64,000 bases of DNA from Haliotis rufescens (lineage: Eukaryota). Location: positions 2,356,001-2,420,000 of the forward strand of contig NW_025964257.1 of assembly GCF_023055435.1 (NCBI RefSeq). Reading direction: 5' to 3'. Every line of letters starts with the position of its first letter. The stretch's first letter is position 1. Shown in pieces: positions 46,183-61,100 of this stretch. The notes under the pieces were generated by a model that saw only the letters and a list, made by a program, of their open reading frames with translations, made no database searches and had not been told where the DNA came from. Made by a program: the position numbers and the translations under genes.

Positions 46183-49100
46183 GTAAGGGGACTGCTAGTT
46201 GTGATCGGAACTACAGGGACACCTGAACTCGTGTATGTATGTAATAGTCATGGTATATGTATCTATGGTAGAGTCATGTATAGATAACTTGTCATTCAGC
46301 TAATACACGAAGCAGATAAGTCGGATGTTTAAGTTTACTACTTCTGTGAAACATGATTTACTCCACGAGTGAGGCACAGACCAGATATCATAATTAGAAG
46401 AAGAATGAAAGCCAAGTGAAATCACAAAAAGTGTAGTAACTGTAATAACTATCGTCGTGAAATTAAATGTATACCTGACATAACATAATGTCATACATCA
46501 TTCCCTTATATTAGATTATCACTTTGCTATAAGGACAGGAAACGTAAGATAAAGTGAATGGAAGTAACAAAACGCTGGGTATCAGGAGGAGATTGTGGCC
46601 TCATGATGTCCTGAACAAAGTACATAGTAAAAGGAAAAGTGTGAACAGCTTCATGAACAGTCGTACATGTACGGGTGTACTCTGATTCCTTGGTGAATGG
46701 TGTATTATATTCAGAAACAAATCAGATACTGGTATTTTTCTGAAATTGTCATAATTAAATGTTTTTACATTCCTTTATGAATGTTGATGGAATATGACAT
46801 AATATCACTATGGGTGAATATAGTATGAGTAATATTAAGGTGTGTACCTACATGTAATTATTTCTTTGTTTTCGATAATGACATGTGCTAAACAATAGTG
46901 TGTTTTCTTTACACAATCAAGCTAATGATAACAACCCCGGTACAATCACATTGTAGGAAATAAGGCTCCTTAACTTTGTGATATTGTTATTCTATTTTTT
47001 ATTTATTTAAAAAAAACCAAGGTGCGTAGCAATATATGATTCTTAACTTAAGTCGGACTATCCTGATGTGTTTAATATTTCCAGAATGCCAAGGAATAAT
47101 TTATCAAATAACAACTACTTTACTCCACATTTGATATTCATACTCTCAATGGTCGGTTGCAAGATGGTGGCTTTACGTGTGAAATGGGGTTTAACGTCGT
47201 TCAAAGTTATTGCACTTATTTAGCGCCGGGTTTGTAGTGCCACGCACATAGATGACATGCAACATTTCAAATGGATATCCCACTAAGTGACGGTATTTTC
47301 CGAGCCGACCATTCCTTGTTTTATCCTGTTTATGATGAGTGGCAGACATGGTAACAACAAGTTTTACCCTTTGGCGCGGCTGGGAATCGAACGCTCGACC
47401 GTCCGCTCTGAGGACATTCTCGATTGTTGCCCATGGGGATGCCTACAATTTTCCTAACTGTCCAATCCAAACATTGTCACATGAATATTATCTATGATCA
47501 AGTCTATCATTTTACATACTATTCCCTCAGTGAACTTCAGATGGCATTTGCCTTCATTTTGTCACATTGTCCTGACACTTTGAAGAGCTGTAACTATATA
47601 TGAGGTCACCATTTTTAGTCACAAATGCCACACATTCGTTCAACTTGCTTTTGAAGCCTGCGAAGTGACGTTACGTTCGTAAGGGATATCCCAGTTTTAA
47701 CAAAACTTATTATCTTAGTATGTTCATGGTCAATATACGAATCACATGTTGTCTGCCTTTAGTCATTATTTCTTTTGTCATGTTCTTAAGGACTCTGGTG
47801 ATACATCTTCCAGATTTAACATATGCCCTCAGCACACCTGGTAATTTGTGATAAACAGAAGTTGTTCAGTTATATCCGAGTAAGTTCTATGTGATAAAAC
47901 CTCTGCTTTAGTTGGAGTACAGTTTTAGAGTTTGTGAGTAACTGCAAGCCGCCTTTAAAACTAAGCATAAAGTTTAATGTTATTTAAGAGTATGAACCAA
48001 GCATCACTATTAACAGCAGACCAGTAGAAAGATCACCAACACAAATACACTTATTCACAGCTAAAGTTTAAATTCTACAGACAAATTGCCAACATTAAGA
48101 CAAGACGTCGCCTGCCCCACACCTCTACATACGCAGTGCTAAATGGATGGAGCTCTGTTCTAATGAGTCTATCGCAAGCCCCGTCTTAATATGCAAAGTA
48201 ACCCTGGTGTGCATGCAAGAAAGGGGTGTCGTTTTCTTGAAGCATCAACGTTTAATAAAGCCAGACATATTATCAAGGTACATCTGCATACAATGATTGA
48301 CGGGTGTTGTTTGGCATCATCTCTATTCTCAAGACCTTCTGCAATGTTATGCCCAACAGAGCTGTCACTGAGTAACGCACGGTACGCTTGTCTTGGTAAT
48401 GTCAAGTTCGAATTACATCTTATACACACATATCTACGAGCATATTCTGAAGACAAGATGGCTGATGAATACTATGCATGTATGATAAACCAAGACATGT
48501 ATGTTTTCCGATATGTTTGTTCCCAGAACTGTCTTCATCCATGTTCCTATAGGGAGCCTTTCCAAATAGTAAATCTGAAACATCAGTATTAGAGAACAAC
48601 CAGTTTCGATTTTCCAAAAAATCAGATTCCATTAAGCATTAAATGCAAACTGGTGGTGTAAGAGTATACAAATGGATCCTGTGTTAAAAAGACATGTTTT
48701 TCCATGTTGTCATATACATGACTATAAACATGAATATATGTGCATTTACACCATTATACTGAATTAAACAACAATGATTTTCTACTTTCACGGGTATGTA
48801 CTGTTTTGACTTCGTGTTGCAAATTGTGCATGGGTGGCCCAGTCGTCTAAGGCGCCGCGATTCGCTGTGCAGAGTTGCGTCCCATGGGTCCGCCAGAAAC
48901 CTATGATTGTGGGTTCAAATCCCGGTTCGCCCCGATAACATTTCTAGGTTTATCAGCACCATACCTGTGCTCGTTGGTTTCACCGAAGTAGTAAATGTCT
49001 GAGACCTGCATCACTTCGGGCTTTCCTCCCACATTAAGCTGACACGCCGTGATATAACTGGAATACTGTTAAAAACGGGGTTAAACACAGCTCACTCAAT

Positions 49101-52100
49101 CACTCCTGTTGCAAATAACAGTAGCCCTGGTCGGACCAAGTGGACAGTCAAGATGTCGTTCTCGTGTCAGCCGATTACATCATGTGTGTTGTGAATCTTT
49201 CGTATGAACAGATGAAATTAACAGATGGTGAAGTGGCATGGCAAATACAATGGATTTCATAACAGATGAATCATATGTCTGGAAACTTAATTTTGAATTG
49301 TCACAATAGTTTATAGTTAATTTTAGACGAAGTAGATATCCTCTAAACCAAATTAAGTTTAAGTGCCTCTTGCTTCGCATGTTTGAACACGCCCCACTAT
49401 CGAATTGGCAAGCAGAGTGACTCCCTCATTGATGCAAGCTTCGCTGAATGCTGAGCAATTTAGTGTAGTTTTCTCCTTGAGAGAACACTCTGTGGTCGAA
49501 TCATCTAGTTCGCATTTTGAATTCTTATTGTACCCTTATACGAGCAATGTCTTTCATATTTTCAATGTTGAATAGCGATACTGTTAAACAAAAATATGTC
49601 TACATTCTTCCCTGTAATATGCCGTTTTTATTACTAGTGGTGTATTCAAAAAGTGTCGTGTGTAACATGCGTTTTTGAAAACATTAGTTGTATGAAATAT
49701 AGCATCTAATAGGGATTTATTTAGTAATCAATATGATACTACACATCTATACATTGTATGCCACCCTTCAGAATAAGTATCTATGTTGGATTCTGATCAA
49801 TTGTTTTGGTTAATTTTATATTTATATTAAGCGGTCTTCATATAAGTTGTAAAGGGAAGTTACTTTTTTGTTGTTGTTGGTATCGCTATGTGAAAGAGAC
49901 TGTGCTGTGAGCGGGGGACCGTAAAGGATATAAAACGGTATTTATGCAATTAAATACAAAACTTCATTAAACGAGAAGTTAGACAATATTAAAGTGACCG
50001 TTTATTTTCATATTTGCGACTAAATATTAGTATATTCATAGACGTTTCTGCATTATTTTGCAGTCAATCAAGCCGACACCGCTACCTTGGTATTCCGTGG
50101 TAACGGCACCCTTCAACCAGAACAAGAATCTGTTAGAATATGAAACTAAGAATAAGAATAAATCCATAACCTCAAAACAATTGAAGAGAGTGAAGATTCA
50201 CAAATTTATTTTAAGAGGGAAAGCATGTGAAATCATAACTAATGCAGATACATTGCATGTGTGTTATATCGTTTCAGATTCTGCTCCAGTTCTTGCTACC
50301 AACAGACGTGTTCCTGTGGAGGGTGTCAGTTTCAGCATCACCTGTACAGGAGTTGCGGCTATCACTTCAGCTACTCGTTTCTATAAGGATACTTCTATCC
50401 AGGGCGGCTGCTTATCATCAGGCAGCTGTGGGACATCTGTCTCTGGATACAACGTGAGTCTGGACAGTACATCCAGGATCCTGACTCTAGACATCGCATC
50501 ACCAGATTCCGTCAGAGACAGCGGGACATGGAGTTGTACTGATGGTGCCACATCGTCTGATACCATCACACTGTCACAGTTTGCAGGTTCGTTATTTGTG
50601 TTTGAATCACGTATTGATTACAGGAAACAATCAAACAATGCATGAGGGATCATTTTGTAACAATATAGAATTGGAGAGCAGACAACACGGCATTACGAAA
50701 AGGAGAGCTACAGTTGGTTTAGGGCGATCCACGACATGGGTACAATGTGTGAAATTGAGATTTTTTCAAAACAAGCGAAAGCGAGTTAGATACGCTTTCA
50801 AACAACGCGTTGTAGTGACGTCATCCGATGCACTGCTTACTTTGCATAAATAATGTTACCCGACACAAAAAGGTTTCAGCCATATCTGTGGATTATGAAG
50901 GTGATAGTGCAAACTAGATAAAATCAAAGAACCCGCTGGATGCCAAGTTAAAAGTTTTTACCTCAAAGAAATGACCAGATATGTACAACAATGTTTACTT
51001 CCGTTTGACATCACTACCGCTGACCGACTTTTGCAAAATGACGTCTTCACTCGCAACAGTACACGGGATTTCCAGAGTAGGATTTTCATTGATTGAGAGA
51101 TCGTATACACATAACTTCGTCATGTAAGGAATCAGAAACATTCTGACAATATGCGTACTGTTATGTATTTAATGTTTTCCAATGTAATCAAGAGAATTTG
51201 TCAGAAATACAGATAGCTACCGTTGTCGTTGTGCATGACTTTCCGTCAGTCATGTCGTCACTCGCAGAACAGAAAACTTTTTTATTTCTATTCAATCTAC
51301 TTGACGTAGTCATGTGTATGTTTTTAATTCCATAATTCGTGATATGCGTAAGCCGAATATGCAACAATTAGACGAATGGATAGCTAAAAACATCGAGAAA
51401 ATGCTACATAGTGTACAATCTGAATTTTACCTTGTTTACATTTCAATAAGTACAGTTTTTTTTTTAGCACAGTGTTCGTTTCTTCACCTAATTTATTTCG
51501 ATTGATTTCATCCAGATGATTTTTATTGGTGACAACGACCATTTGTCATTTGATTCTAATGTGTATGAGGATTTAAGGGATGCCTGTATCGCAGATGAGT
51601 TTGAAACATATGTGATCTAATAGGCTTCTCATTATCTGCACCTGAAACCTGATTTTGTAGACAGTATCCAATACACTTCGGTGTATGTGTTTGCGTATTT
51701 TCCAAAACAATCGGACAAAATATTCCAACAGATTCTAGGCGACGTTTCAAAATTATCATCAGTGATTAGATGAAATACAGATTCCTATTTTCACTAATAT
51801 GCTATTTTTTTAACTTCAATTCTTCGAGTAAACGTCCAATATGTAGATTTCTAGAAACAGAGTTAATAAGGCTGTGAATGGTGACTTAGTAATGTTTCAA
51901 AATGAAGGGATGTACCAAACTTTTATTTCAGTCATTTTGATTTGCCTAGAATTACAGTGAATGATATCACAGAAGAGTGAATGTCCCACCGAATTAAAAA
52001 AATGTGAAGTATGTCAGTGTGCACAGTGTATTTTGAATATTCGGCTTCCAAGTGAGGGTTAAAGATGGGCCAAAAATACTACTCTCTTTAGATACCATTT

Positions 52101-55100
52101 TTACGAAATTAGTGGACTTTCTATGGTATCTGACCGAGTGAAAGTTTACGAGTTACGTAAAAATGGTATCTAACGAGAATGAATGTGGTATTTTATATTA
52201 CCCACGTTAAATATATATTAAAGTGTAATTACATAACAACTTACGTTCGTTGACAGACCAAACTGAAACCGTTTGCAAAATCTGGTTGCGCATGAATAGT
52301 GATATATTGTTTACATTTCTATGCATACGCCTTAACAACACGCGCCTGCAGTTGTGTTTGGAAACACAACATCGCCAACGCTCAAGATCCTTTTGGAATA
52401 ATTTCACGTAAGCGCCACGTACGCTTTGGACAAACAGTCGGTCACTCGCACTGCCCGTATCCGTGCTGTGCAATCAAAATGGTTCGGTTTCCTTTATCTA
52501 TCAGCTGAATTAATATCACGTCCGTACCATTTTGGAAGAGGAAAATTAGAGTGTTCGCCAAAGGCATTTTGTTAACTGAACCACCCTATACTGAAGACAT
52601 GAAAATCAACAAACTCAGGTCTGCTTTCAATGTCATGGACAGCTTCAAACGAAGGGCAAGGACACCACCGTAACAAGAAAAGACAACAGTGATCTTCTCA
52701 CAGCGTTTATCACATTTGGGATATTTTGGGCCACATTATCAGGAGTCAGGCACACTTCCACGGAGTTTTCGAATGATTTGTATCGGAAATGTTCAGTTTG
52801 AGTGATCTGGTAGTGCAGTCGTGAACAAACTCCCGAAACAGTCCCAAAAACTACGCTGCAAAGGGGACACTGATATATGTAGATATATGTACAGCTAGTT
52901 TAAACTGTCTTCAAGTCACCATGCTCATCCATTTACGTTAAGTCTAATTGAAAGTTGGGAAAGTGGTCGGGTGCGTCACGCTCATGGGGACCCTCGATCT
53001 CGGTAGTGGTACATTGTAAATGGATAAAGCTCGATTATACAATGTCTGTTGAAGCTCTATGTATAACCTGCGCTCATGAGATTGCTTCATTTCTGTCTTG
53101 TAGTTGCAAAATTAATGACGTCTCGTGGAAAAAAAGTAGTCCCTCTGTGAAAGAGGTCACGGTTATCCAATCAAAACGAATAAAACAAAGTCAAATTGTA
53201 CGACACACGTGTGACGAACGGATTTAGTATCTTACCACCTGTATCTTCAACACGTGGGTAATAAGGATCGATGTGGCATTGAGGGGATTTAGACTCTAAA
53301 AAATGTTCAACACAAACGGAGGTGAACATTCAACTTAAGCACATGCGACTTATCAATGACTTACGATCAAGAAAGTAGTCCGTCATAAGCTGACCACAGC
53401 TCATCACCGTGGAGTAGCAAATCACAGGCAAGGAAACCGATCTCACACACATGTTTAACAGTTATCTCAAATGAGTTTTTCATCCACAGGTGTGTACAAA
53501 TCCCATTTCTGGTGAATCCCGCCGTGTTATGGCTTGAATATTGCTAAAACGGCGTACAACCATACTCACTCACTAAAGTTGGTTAATACATATTAATAAA
53601 GCGACACAATCCCTTTTATACTCATCAGAAATATCTACTGACAGAAGAGTCCATTGTATGAATTCAACTCAATCGTAAGCATTTGTTGATGAATCTCTGT
53701 CAATTAATTTGATTCGGTTGAAGACAGTATATACTCCTCACAAAAAGTTCAAGTATTATTTTCCGTGCAACATTCTCATCAGTGTTGAATGCCATCCATT
53801 GAGAACAAATTCTGGCAGGAGAATTACCTACGAATACTCGACTTAAAGCCCTTTCCATGTAGATGTTCCTGATAACACTGATAACATCGCCTGAACACAA
53901 CCACCCTCAAAACACACACGCAAAATGCACGACATGCATGTTTTACACACTTCACTCATGCACCCTGATTGCTTAAAAACTGCCAGCAAGGTCAATTTGT
54001 CGACATTAACACATTAGACATGGCTAGGCCTCACTTAAAGCCAACTGAGGCTGCTCAGATTGTTGGAATGGTACAGGGGGTCTCACCCGAACTGATGTTG
54101 CCAATCATTTTAATGTTCACCGCAGTGTCATCCCAAGAGCGATAACTCGATACCATCAAACGTGACTGATGACAGAGAGACCATGCACAGGTCGTCCAAG
54201 GGTGACAACTCCTTGTGAGGACCGGTATTTAGCCACCTTAGCCCGGAGAAACAGGTTTACTACGGCCAGATCTCTCCAGAATGACCTTCAGAGAGTTGCA
54301 GGAAACAGAGTCTCAACACAGACAGTAAGAAACAGACTTCACGCTCAGGATGTGAGGTCCAGACGACCAGTACGACGTATCCCAATGCCTGCACACCTTC
54401 GACAACATGTAATCAACGCCGTAACTGGAGGGTCAATCGCTGGCGTAACGTTCTCTTCACAGACGAGTAAGGATTCTGCCTTGACTTCAACGATGGTAGG
54501 GCACGTGTGTGGAGAAACCGTAATGAACGATACGCCAACTGTACAGTTGCTGAACACGACCAGTACGGAGGTGGAAGTTTGATGATCTGGGCTGGCATCA
54601 GGGTTGGAGACAGAACTGATCTTGTGGTCATCAGACGTGGTACCATGACTGGAGTACGGTACTGGGACGAGATTGTCACACTTGTGATCATTCCCCTGGC
54701 ACAACAAGCAGGTCCTAACTTCATCTTTATGGATGATAATGCTTGTCAACATCGAGCAAGAGTTGCCACTGATCTTCTTCAGACCAACAACATCACGCAT
54801 ATGGCCTGGCCTGCAAGGTCTCCGGATCTTAATCCCATTGAACATGCATGGGACATTCTTGGAAGGCGTGTTTATGGTCTTCATGTTCGTCCTCAGAATC
54901 TGGATAAACTTGAACAGGCCTTAAGGAGAGAATGGCAGAACATTCCACAACAGACACTTGATAAGCTTATCTGGTCAATGCCAAGACGTGTAGAAGCTTG
55001 CATTCAAGCCAATGGTGGACATACACGTTACTGAACATTGGATCATCGTTTCAAAATGACTTAAACTGCAACTTAAAGATTTTCATCTTTAACTGCAGCA

Positions 55101-58100
55101 CATTTTGCACGACTGTTTTCATGATACTGTTTATGATCATTTGTAAACCTGTTAGGCATAAACGCTTTTCAGTTCCTTTGAGGACAATGTGTGTTTGTGC
55201 TCTTTCTTTTTATTGCTTTAGTCAGTTTTTAGGTATTGTAATATTTGACCATTGACTGACACATTATAGATTTGTTGCTTAACATTTTGTGAGGAGTATA
55301 TGTTCAAGTGTTTTCACACATCAGCTGTGATGAAGCATGCAAGCTCTGTCAGCCTGTTCTGTTAACTTAAAATAAACTCACTCCCACGTTCATGATCAGC
55401 TCTACTAGTCTGGGGAAATACAACAAGTGTACACAATCTCACTAATATATACATTTTTTTAGAGATAATATCAGTTTGAAAGTTCTAGTCAGATGGTGAA
55501 GTATTCAGAGCGATCATACAGTGCGGTTCTGTGTTGATATCTATTCTTGATTGGCTGTGTTGTGTGAACTTTCAAGAGGTTCAAAGATCTCCATCAGAAT
55601 CCTAATGGTATCATTCCTTCTTACCAGCTCTTCTGGACTGGAGCTCTGTGACATTCTCTCCACAACTGACTTCTCTCCCGTCCTCTGTGACCCCACAGAA
55701 CACTATCTCCGTCAAGGTGACCACCCCGGGTGCTACCCCTGCCGCCGTCATCACATGGAGATACCAACAGGTGGGAACTGTATGCTCATCTTGATGTATT
55801 AGATCATCTTATGTGTTTGGTTTCATTAACATGATTGTTTCATTTTAGCTCATCCAGACATTACCCATGGGCCCCACCACCTGTACCTCATGACTGACTA
55901 AAAAGCTTTTCTCCTAATATACATAAATACAATTTGTTTTACATATCTCACCCTCCTCTACTTCACCAACCTCCTCCATTTCCTCAACTCTGTATATTGA
56001 CCCCTGTGTTAAAACTTACACTTTGGCTCTGTACTCCTCCTCCGAACCTTTCACCTCCTCTTCTCACCACTCAGGGTTAGTTAAAGCTTTTCCTCGTTAC
56101 GCAGAAGACCCGGGTTCGAATCCCGAAATTGGTACAAATGTGAAGCCCATTTCTGGTGTCCCACACCATGATATTGCTGGAATATTGCTATGAGTGGCGT
56201 AAAACCATCCTCGACAACTCATTCCTCATCTCTCACCCATCTCCTCGCGCCTCACCCATCCTCACCTCTCGTCACTCCTCAACTCTACCGCCCTTATCAC
56301 CACTTTTCACCCTCTCCTCACCTCCCACACTACTCCTCGCCTCTCATCCTCCTCCTCGGCTATGTAATAACTGATAGAATATGTTTCTTTCAAATTAAGG
56401 CATCATTTTTTTCACTTGTGATACATGTTCTCCACTAAGCAATCCCCTGCAGCGACTACTTTCACCTGATGATATTTACGGGCAACTTCAGGCACATCTT
56501 GTCCGAGGTACCTCTGGGGATCCACAGCTGTGCCTCAACAAATCACTAATCAGATCCAAAGCCATAATAATATCTATAAGCCCTACTACAGGTGCACCAA
56601 CAGGTACTTTATTAGAAGCACATGATCATCAAACCCTGTTTAAATATCAAAAGTCACTGAAAAAGAAAAACCCTACTACGATCAGCAGCCATCCCTAATA
56701 TTCGTAACCTTCCTTGCAAAAAAAATATGGCGAGACAAAAACACAAGAGATGAAGCCCAAGTTTGGAAAATCCTTCATTGAAGCCATCTCGAAGGCACAT
56801 CTGTGCCTGGGTTAAGGGGTACAATTGGGATGACATTCAGCCATCAAAAAGTCATAACAAAGGGCTATACACACCCTGGACTGTAAACGAGCCAAATGTT
56901 ACCACTGCTTTAACATCAGAAGTCACAGAAAAAGAAAAACCAACCCAACTACGATCAGTAGCTATCACTAAAATCCGAAATACCTGAGACAGTTGGGCCC
57001 ATATAAACACTGATGGATCTAAGAATCCAATCAACAACACAGCTATTTAGGGGAGCCATATTCATTACCAAACCCCAAGTACATTCAGTCCACCTGCCTA
57101 ACGGTCAGTCACTATTTAATACTAATAAGGAGGAAAATCATTACGCATTCAAAACTTGCTAAGTGCACGACTAGCAGCAGAAACTCAAACTCAAGACCAA
57201 ATACAGTCAATAATATTATATATGAATATACAAAATCATCGGACCATGGCAAACAGCCGAAGGTGTGTTTGGTCCCGTCTCGCATATATATTCATGGAAA
57301 TGAAAAAGCATACACACTGGCGGAGCAAGCTCTAGACAATGCATTATGACAAGGTCTGCCCATCTTACAACAAGCCTGAATCTATTGCTCATTTGAGACT
57401 GAAATGTCCAGACCATGCCCAAACGTCTGCAGCAACAAGTGATGTGGCTTTTAAAAGTCTGTCTTTTATAGCCCTATTCTGCATGCTTCCCGTGAAACAA
57501 AACACGTTTTCTATGACGCGCACGCAATTTTTTGCGTTTTTGAGATGTCGCTCACAAACAAATTAGGAATGTGTTTTGACGAGCTGTTGTTCTTCATGCT
57601 TTGTCCAGAACGTCGTATATTACTCATTCACTTATATATTTTCATATGTCTTAAGCCCGGATAAAAATACATCCAATTTCACGGTGGTGCGTTTTCAATG
57701 CTGTTCAGTATACTATATTAATATTAATACTGCACAATACTACACTATCAGTTATGTAAACCATGAACTGTTAATCATACACCAAGCGCAATTCCCATGT
57801 AAAATGTAAATACTGGACACTAAGCTCAAGCCTATTTCTGCAAGAGAGAAAACAGTACTCTTACCTTATTTACACTCAGAGATGAATTCAATTACTGTTT
57901 TATTATGCATTTACCATTATTCCCACAGTCAGATCACAACATCAGGCGAATAGGATTATGTGACACTCTCTATCCACTATCATTATGTCGTAAGAAAAGA
58001 ACTAGTTCTGGAATTTGACCGAAATCGACAAAGGTATGAAATATTCCAAAGCATGTTCTGAGGAAATTTTTTTTTTAATAACAAACCCTTTCTATCCAAT

Positions 58101-61100
58101 TATTTGATATCATGTCTTATCACTGAATAAAGACGAGCTTCTCTACCTGTAGTACTCAGGATAAGTATTGCTCATTATTTCACTAAACTGAAACATCAGA
58201 CAGTGTCTCTCCAACTACTGTTTTGTGTTTGTGTGGCGTTATTACTGTCTCTGCCAGGAACACCGCCAGTCTCACTTACTACTGTTTTGTGTTTACAGGG
58301 TGTGAGTGGCGTCCTTCCCAGCAGTACATCTTCCTCCCAGGTATCATGTCCATCAGGCCAGGTCCAGACAACCAACTCTCTGTCACTACCAGGAACACAG
58401 CCAGTCTCACTTACTACTGTTTTGTGTTTACAGGGTGTGAGTGGCGTCCTTCCCAGCAGTACATCTTCCTCCCAGGGATCATGTCCATCAGGCCAGGTCC
58501 AGACAACCAACTCTCTGTCACTACCAGGAACACAGCCAGTCTCACTTACTACTGTTTTGTGTTTACAGGGTGTGAGTGGCGTCCTTCCCAGCAGTACATC
58601 TTCCTCCCAGGGATCATGTCCATCAGGCCAGGTCCAGACAACCAACTCTCTGTCACTACCAGGAACACAGCCAATCTCACTTACTACTGTTTTGTGTTTA
58701 CAGGGTGTGAGTGGCGTCCTTCCCAGCAGTACATCTTCCTCCCAGGGATCATGTCCATCAGGCCAGGTCCAGACAACCAACTCTCTGTCACTACCAGGAA
58801 CACAGCCAGTCTCACTTACTACTGTTTTGTGTTTACAGGGTGTGAGTGGCGTCCTTCCCAGCAGTACATCTTCCTCCCAGGGATCATGTCCATCAGGCCA
58901 GGTCCAGACAACCAACACTCTGTCTCTGCCAGGAAACACAGTCAGTCTCTACAACAGACAGGTGTCTCTCACTGTCAGTGTGGAACATGACTCCTTTGAC
59001 CCGCCCACGTACACAAAGTCTGTCACTTCAAATACAATACAGTTTCCTGGTGAGTGCAAATCAACTCCAAGTCTACCTGTTGTTGACTCAAGGCCCGTAT
59101 TGTAGCAGCAGGAAAAAGAAGTTTCACGTAGTCGAAAGCAAAGAGAGTTCTTGGAAAATTCTTGGAAGTTGACAATACTTTTCAAAATTATTATATGTGT
59201 ATGTCGCAGTGAATCCATCTCATCCAGTGCGTTTTAAATAAAACATAGATGCCAGAAATGAGAAGTTACGAAACGGGATCTATTTTACTTTTATGCCTGA
59301 ACAAGGGAAACGTTGACCATGTCAATGGGTAATGATTGGGTAATGATACGCATACTTGGGTGGAGTTCAATGTTTGTTAGTGTCCGTTGATTTGAGACAC
59401 ACATAGTTGTGTCGGTATTAGCATTCACAATATATTAAACAGTAGATTTTAATACAAATAACAATATAGAAGTAGGAGATTAACCTGTTATATTTTAAGT
59501 GTAGACGTATTCTGCCAATGATGATACGCGACCATTACAGTTATTTTTTTCGTAATAAATATGTAAAGGTAAAATGATGAGTGACGTGGCATTGGTCAAG
59601 TATAATGTTTTAGTTGTGTTGAATGGAAGTTGTCACCATATTGATAGAGTTCATTGTGGGTATTCCTGCTTTTGTAATTCAAACCATACCTTCCTGTATT
59701 TAACTCTCTCCAATATAGGAAAGAGCAACCCTCTAGCAGATTTCCTGTATTCATTCTCCATACAGTTTCATTTGGGGAAACTGAGGGAGGCAACCCTTGT
59801 AGCAATTAGTTCTAAATAAATACACCACTTTTATGAGTTTATATTGTTCTACTGACACGTGTGCCAAAATATTGTGAACGGGCAAACACGACCTCACCGT
59901 CCGTAATCTACTAGTGCTAAATATACATTTCCTACTCGTCGGTTTTGTGAAAGAACTGCTTCCTGAGAAATATTTTCACTCATCAGCAAAAGCATGTAGA
60001 TTCCACACACCTGGCTGACCAATCAAAATGCAGGATTCCAACATGTCATGGAAAAAAACCCATCATATGCATGCCAAATAAATGTGTTTATAGTCCAGTT
60101 GCTGTCACAGTTTGTCAACAATATATTCATGAAGTAGTTTCTCTTATCATTAGCAGATATTCTTAAAAAAACAAACAAAACAGGCTGCAGTTTCACATTC
60201 CTTCAAATCCATCTTTCAATTAATGCAATGTTGTTACTATCTGCTAAGACGGAAACGTGTCGATTTGTTACCCGCACATGAGGTCTTATTTCCTATATGT
60301 TTCATGAAAGCATGAGGATATTATTACGTGTTTACCAAATTAATTCAGATATAAATTATGATATGGCCTTGAAATAGTTCATGTTTAGATATGTAAAGGA
60401 CTGCTATTTGATATCAAGTGCCAATGTTTTCACGTCTTACAGTCCCAGTAACGTCTGTGACACTGACAAACATCAACTCTGATTATGAGAAGATAGGACA
60501 AGCAGTGGGTCAACCGCTGACCTTGACCTGTGTGACTTCAGCCAGCTTCCCGACTTCTGCTGTGACCTGGGTGACCTTGCCATCAGGAACCACTCCTACA
60601 GTCAGCACAGAGACGACATCTGGTGTCCTGGTGAAGACCACAAGCTCCGTCACATTCACGGTCAGTAAGACTGACCAGGGGAGGAGCATTCACTGTCAGG
60701 CTGAAAACATCAACGGTCAGACATCCCCACAGTCTAACAGAGCAACACTGGAGGGTTGGTGTAAGTAGACATAGTCGAACATAGACACACTGGAGGTTTG
60801 GTGTAGATTAACATGTATCTATTAGGTTTGGTGTAAGTAGTCCCAGTCTAACAGAACTACACTAAAGGTGTAAGCAGATATATGTATCTATCAGGGGATC
60901 AGACGCAGTCTACCAGAGCAATTATAGAGCTTTGTGAGAGTAGAACTAGACGAGAGGCTTTGAAAAGTAGAAATCGTCTTACAGAGCCATACTGGAGACT
61001 TGTGTCGCAGCCACACTGGATGTTTAATGTCGTAGATACATGTATGTATTAGTGGTCAGATACTATTCGTTATAGTGTCTTTAGTTGCCTAAGATGACAC

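Noticed and set aside
44640-48650. Possible DNA-transposase remnants on the minus strand (~44640-45820, ~48150-48650)
   Set aside because: Only vague motif resemblance; no TIRs or catalytic motifs could be confirmed by eye.
8806-50586. RAG/RSS-type somatic rearrangement of the V-like exons
   Set aside because: Each V-like exon is complete through its G strand with ordinary splice sites. I saw no heptamer-spacer-nonamer signals or J segments by eye; a formal RSS scan was not run.
54169-55034. Active Tc1 transposase
   Set aside because: Split by frameshifts and in-frame stops (e.g. TAA right after VLFTDE).
58196-58990. Alternative-frame ORFs of 247 aa (-) and 255 aa (+)
   Set aside because: Shadow frames of the 135-bp repeat; only the GVSGVLP frame fits the flanking exon phases.
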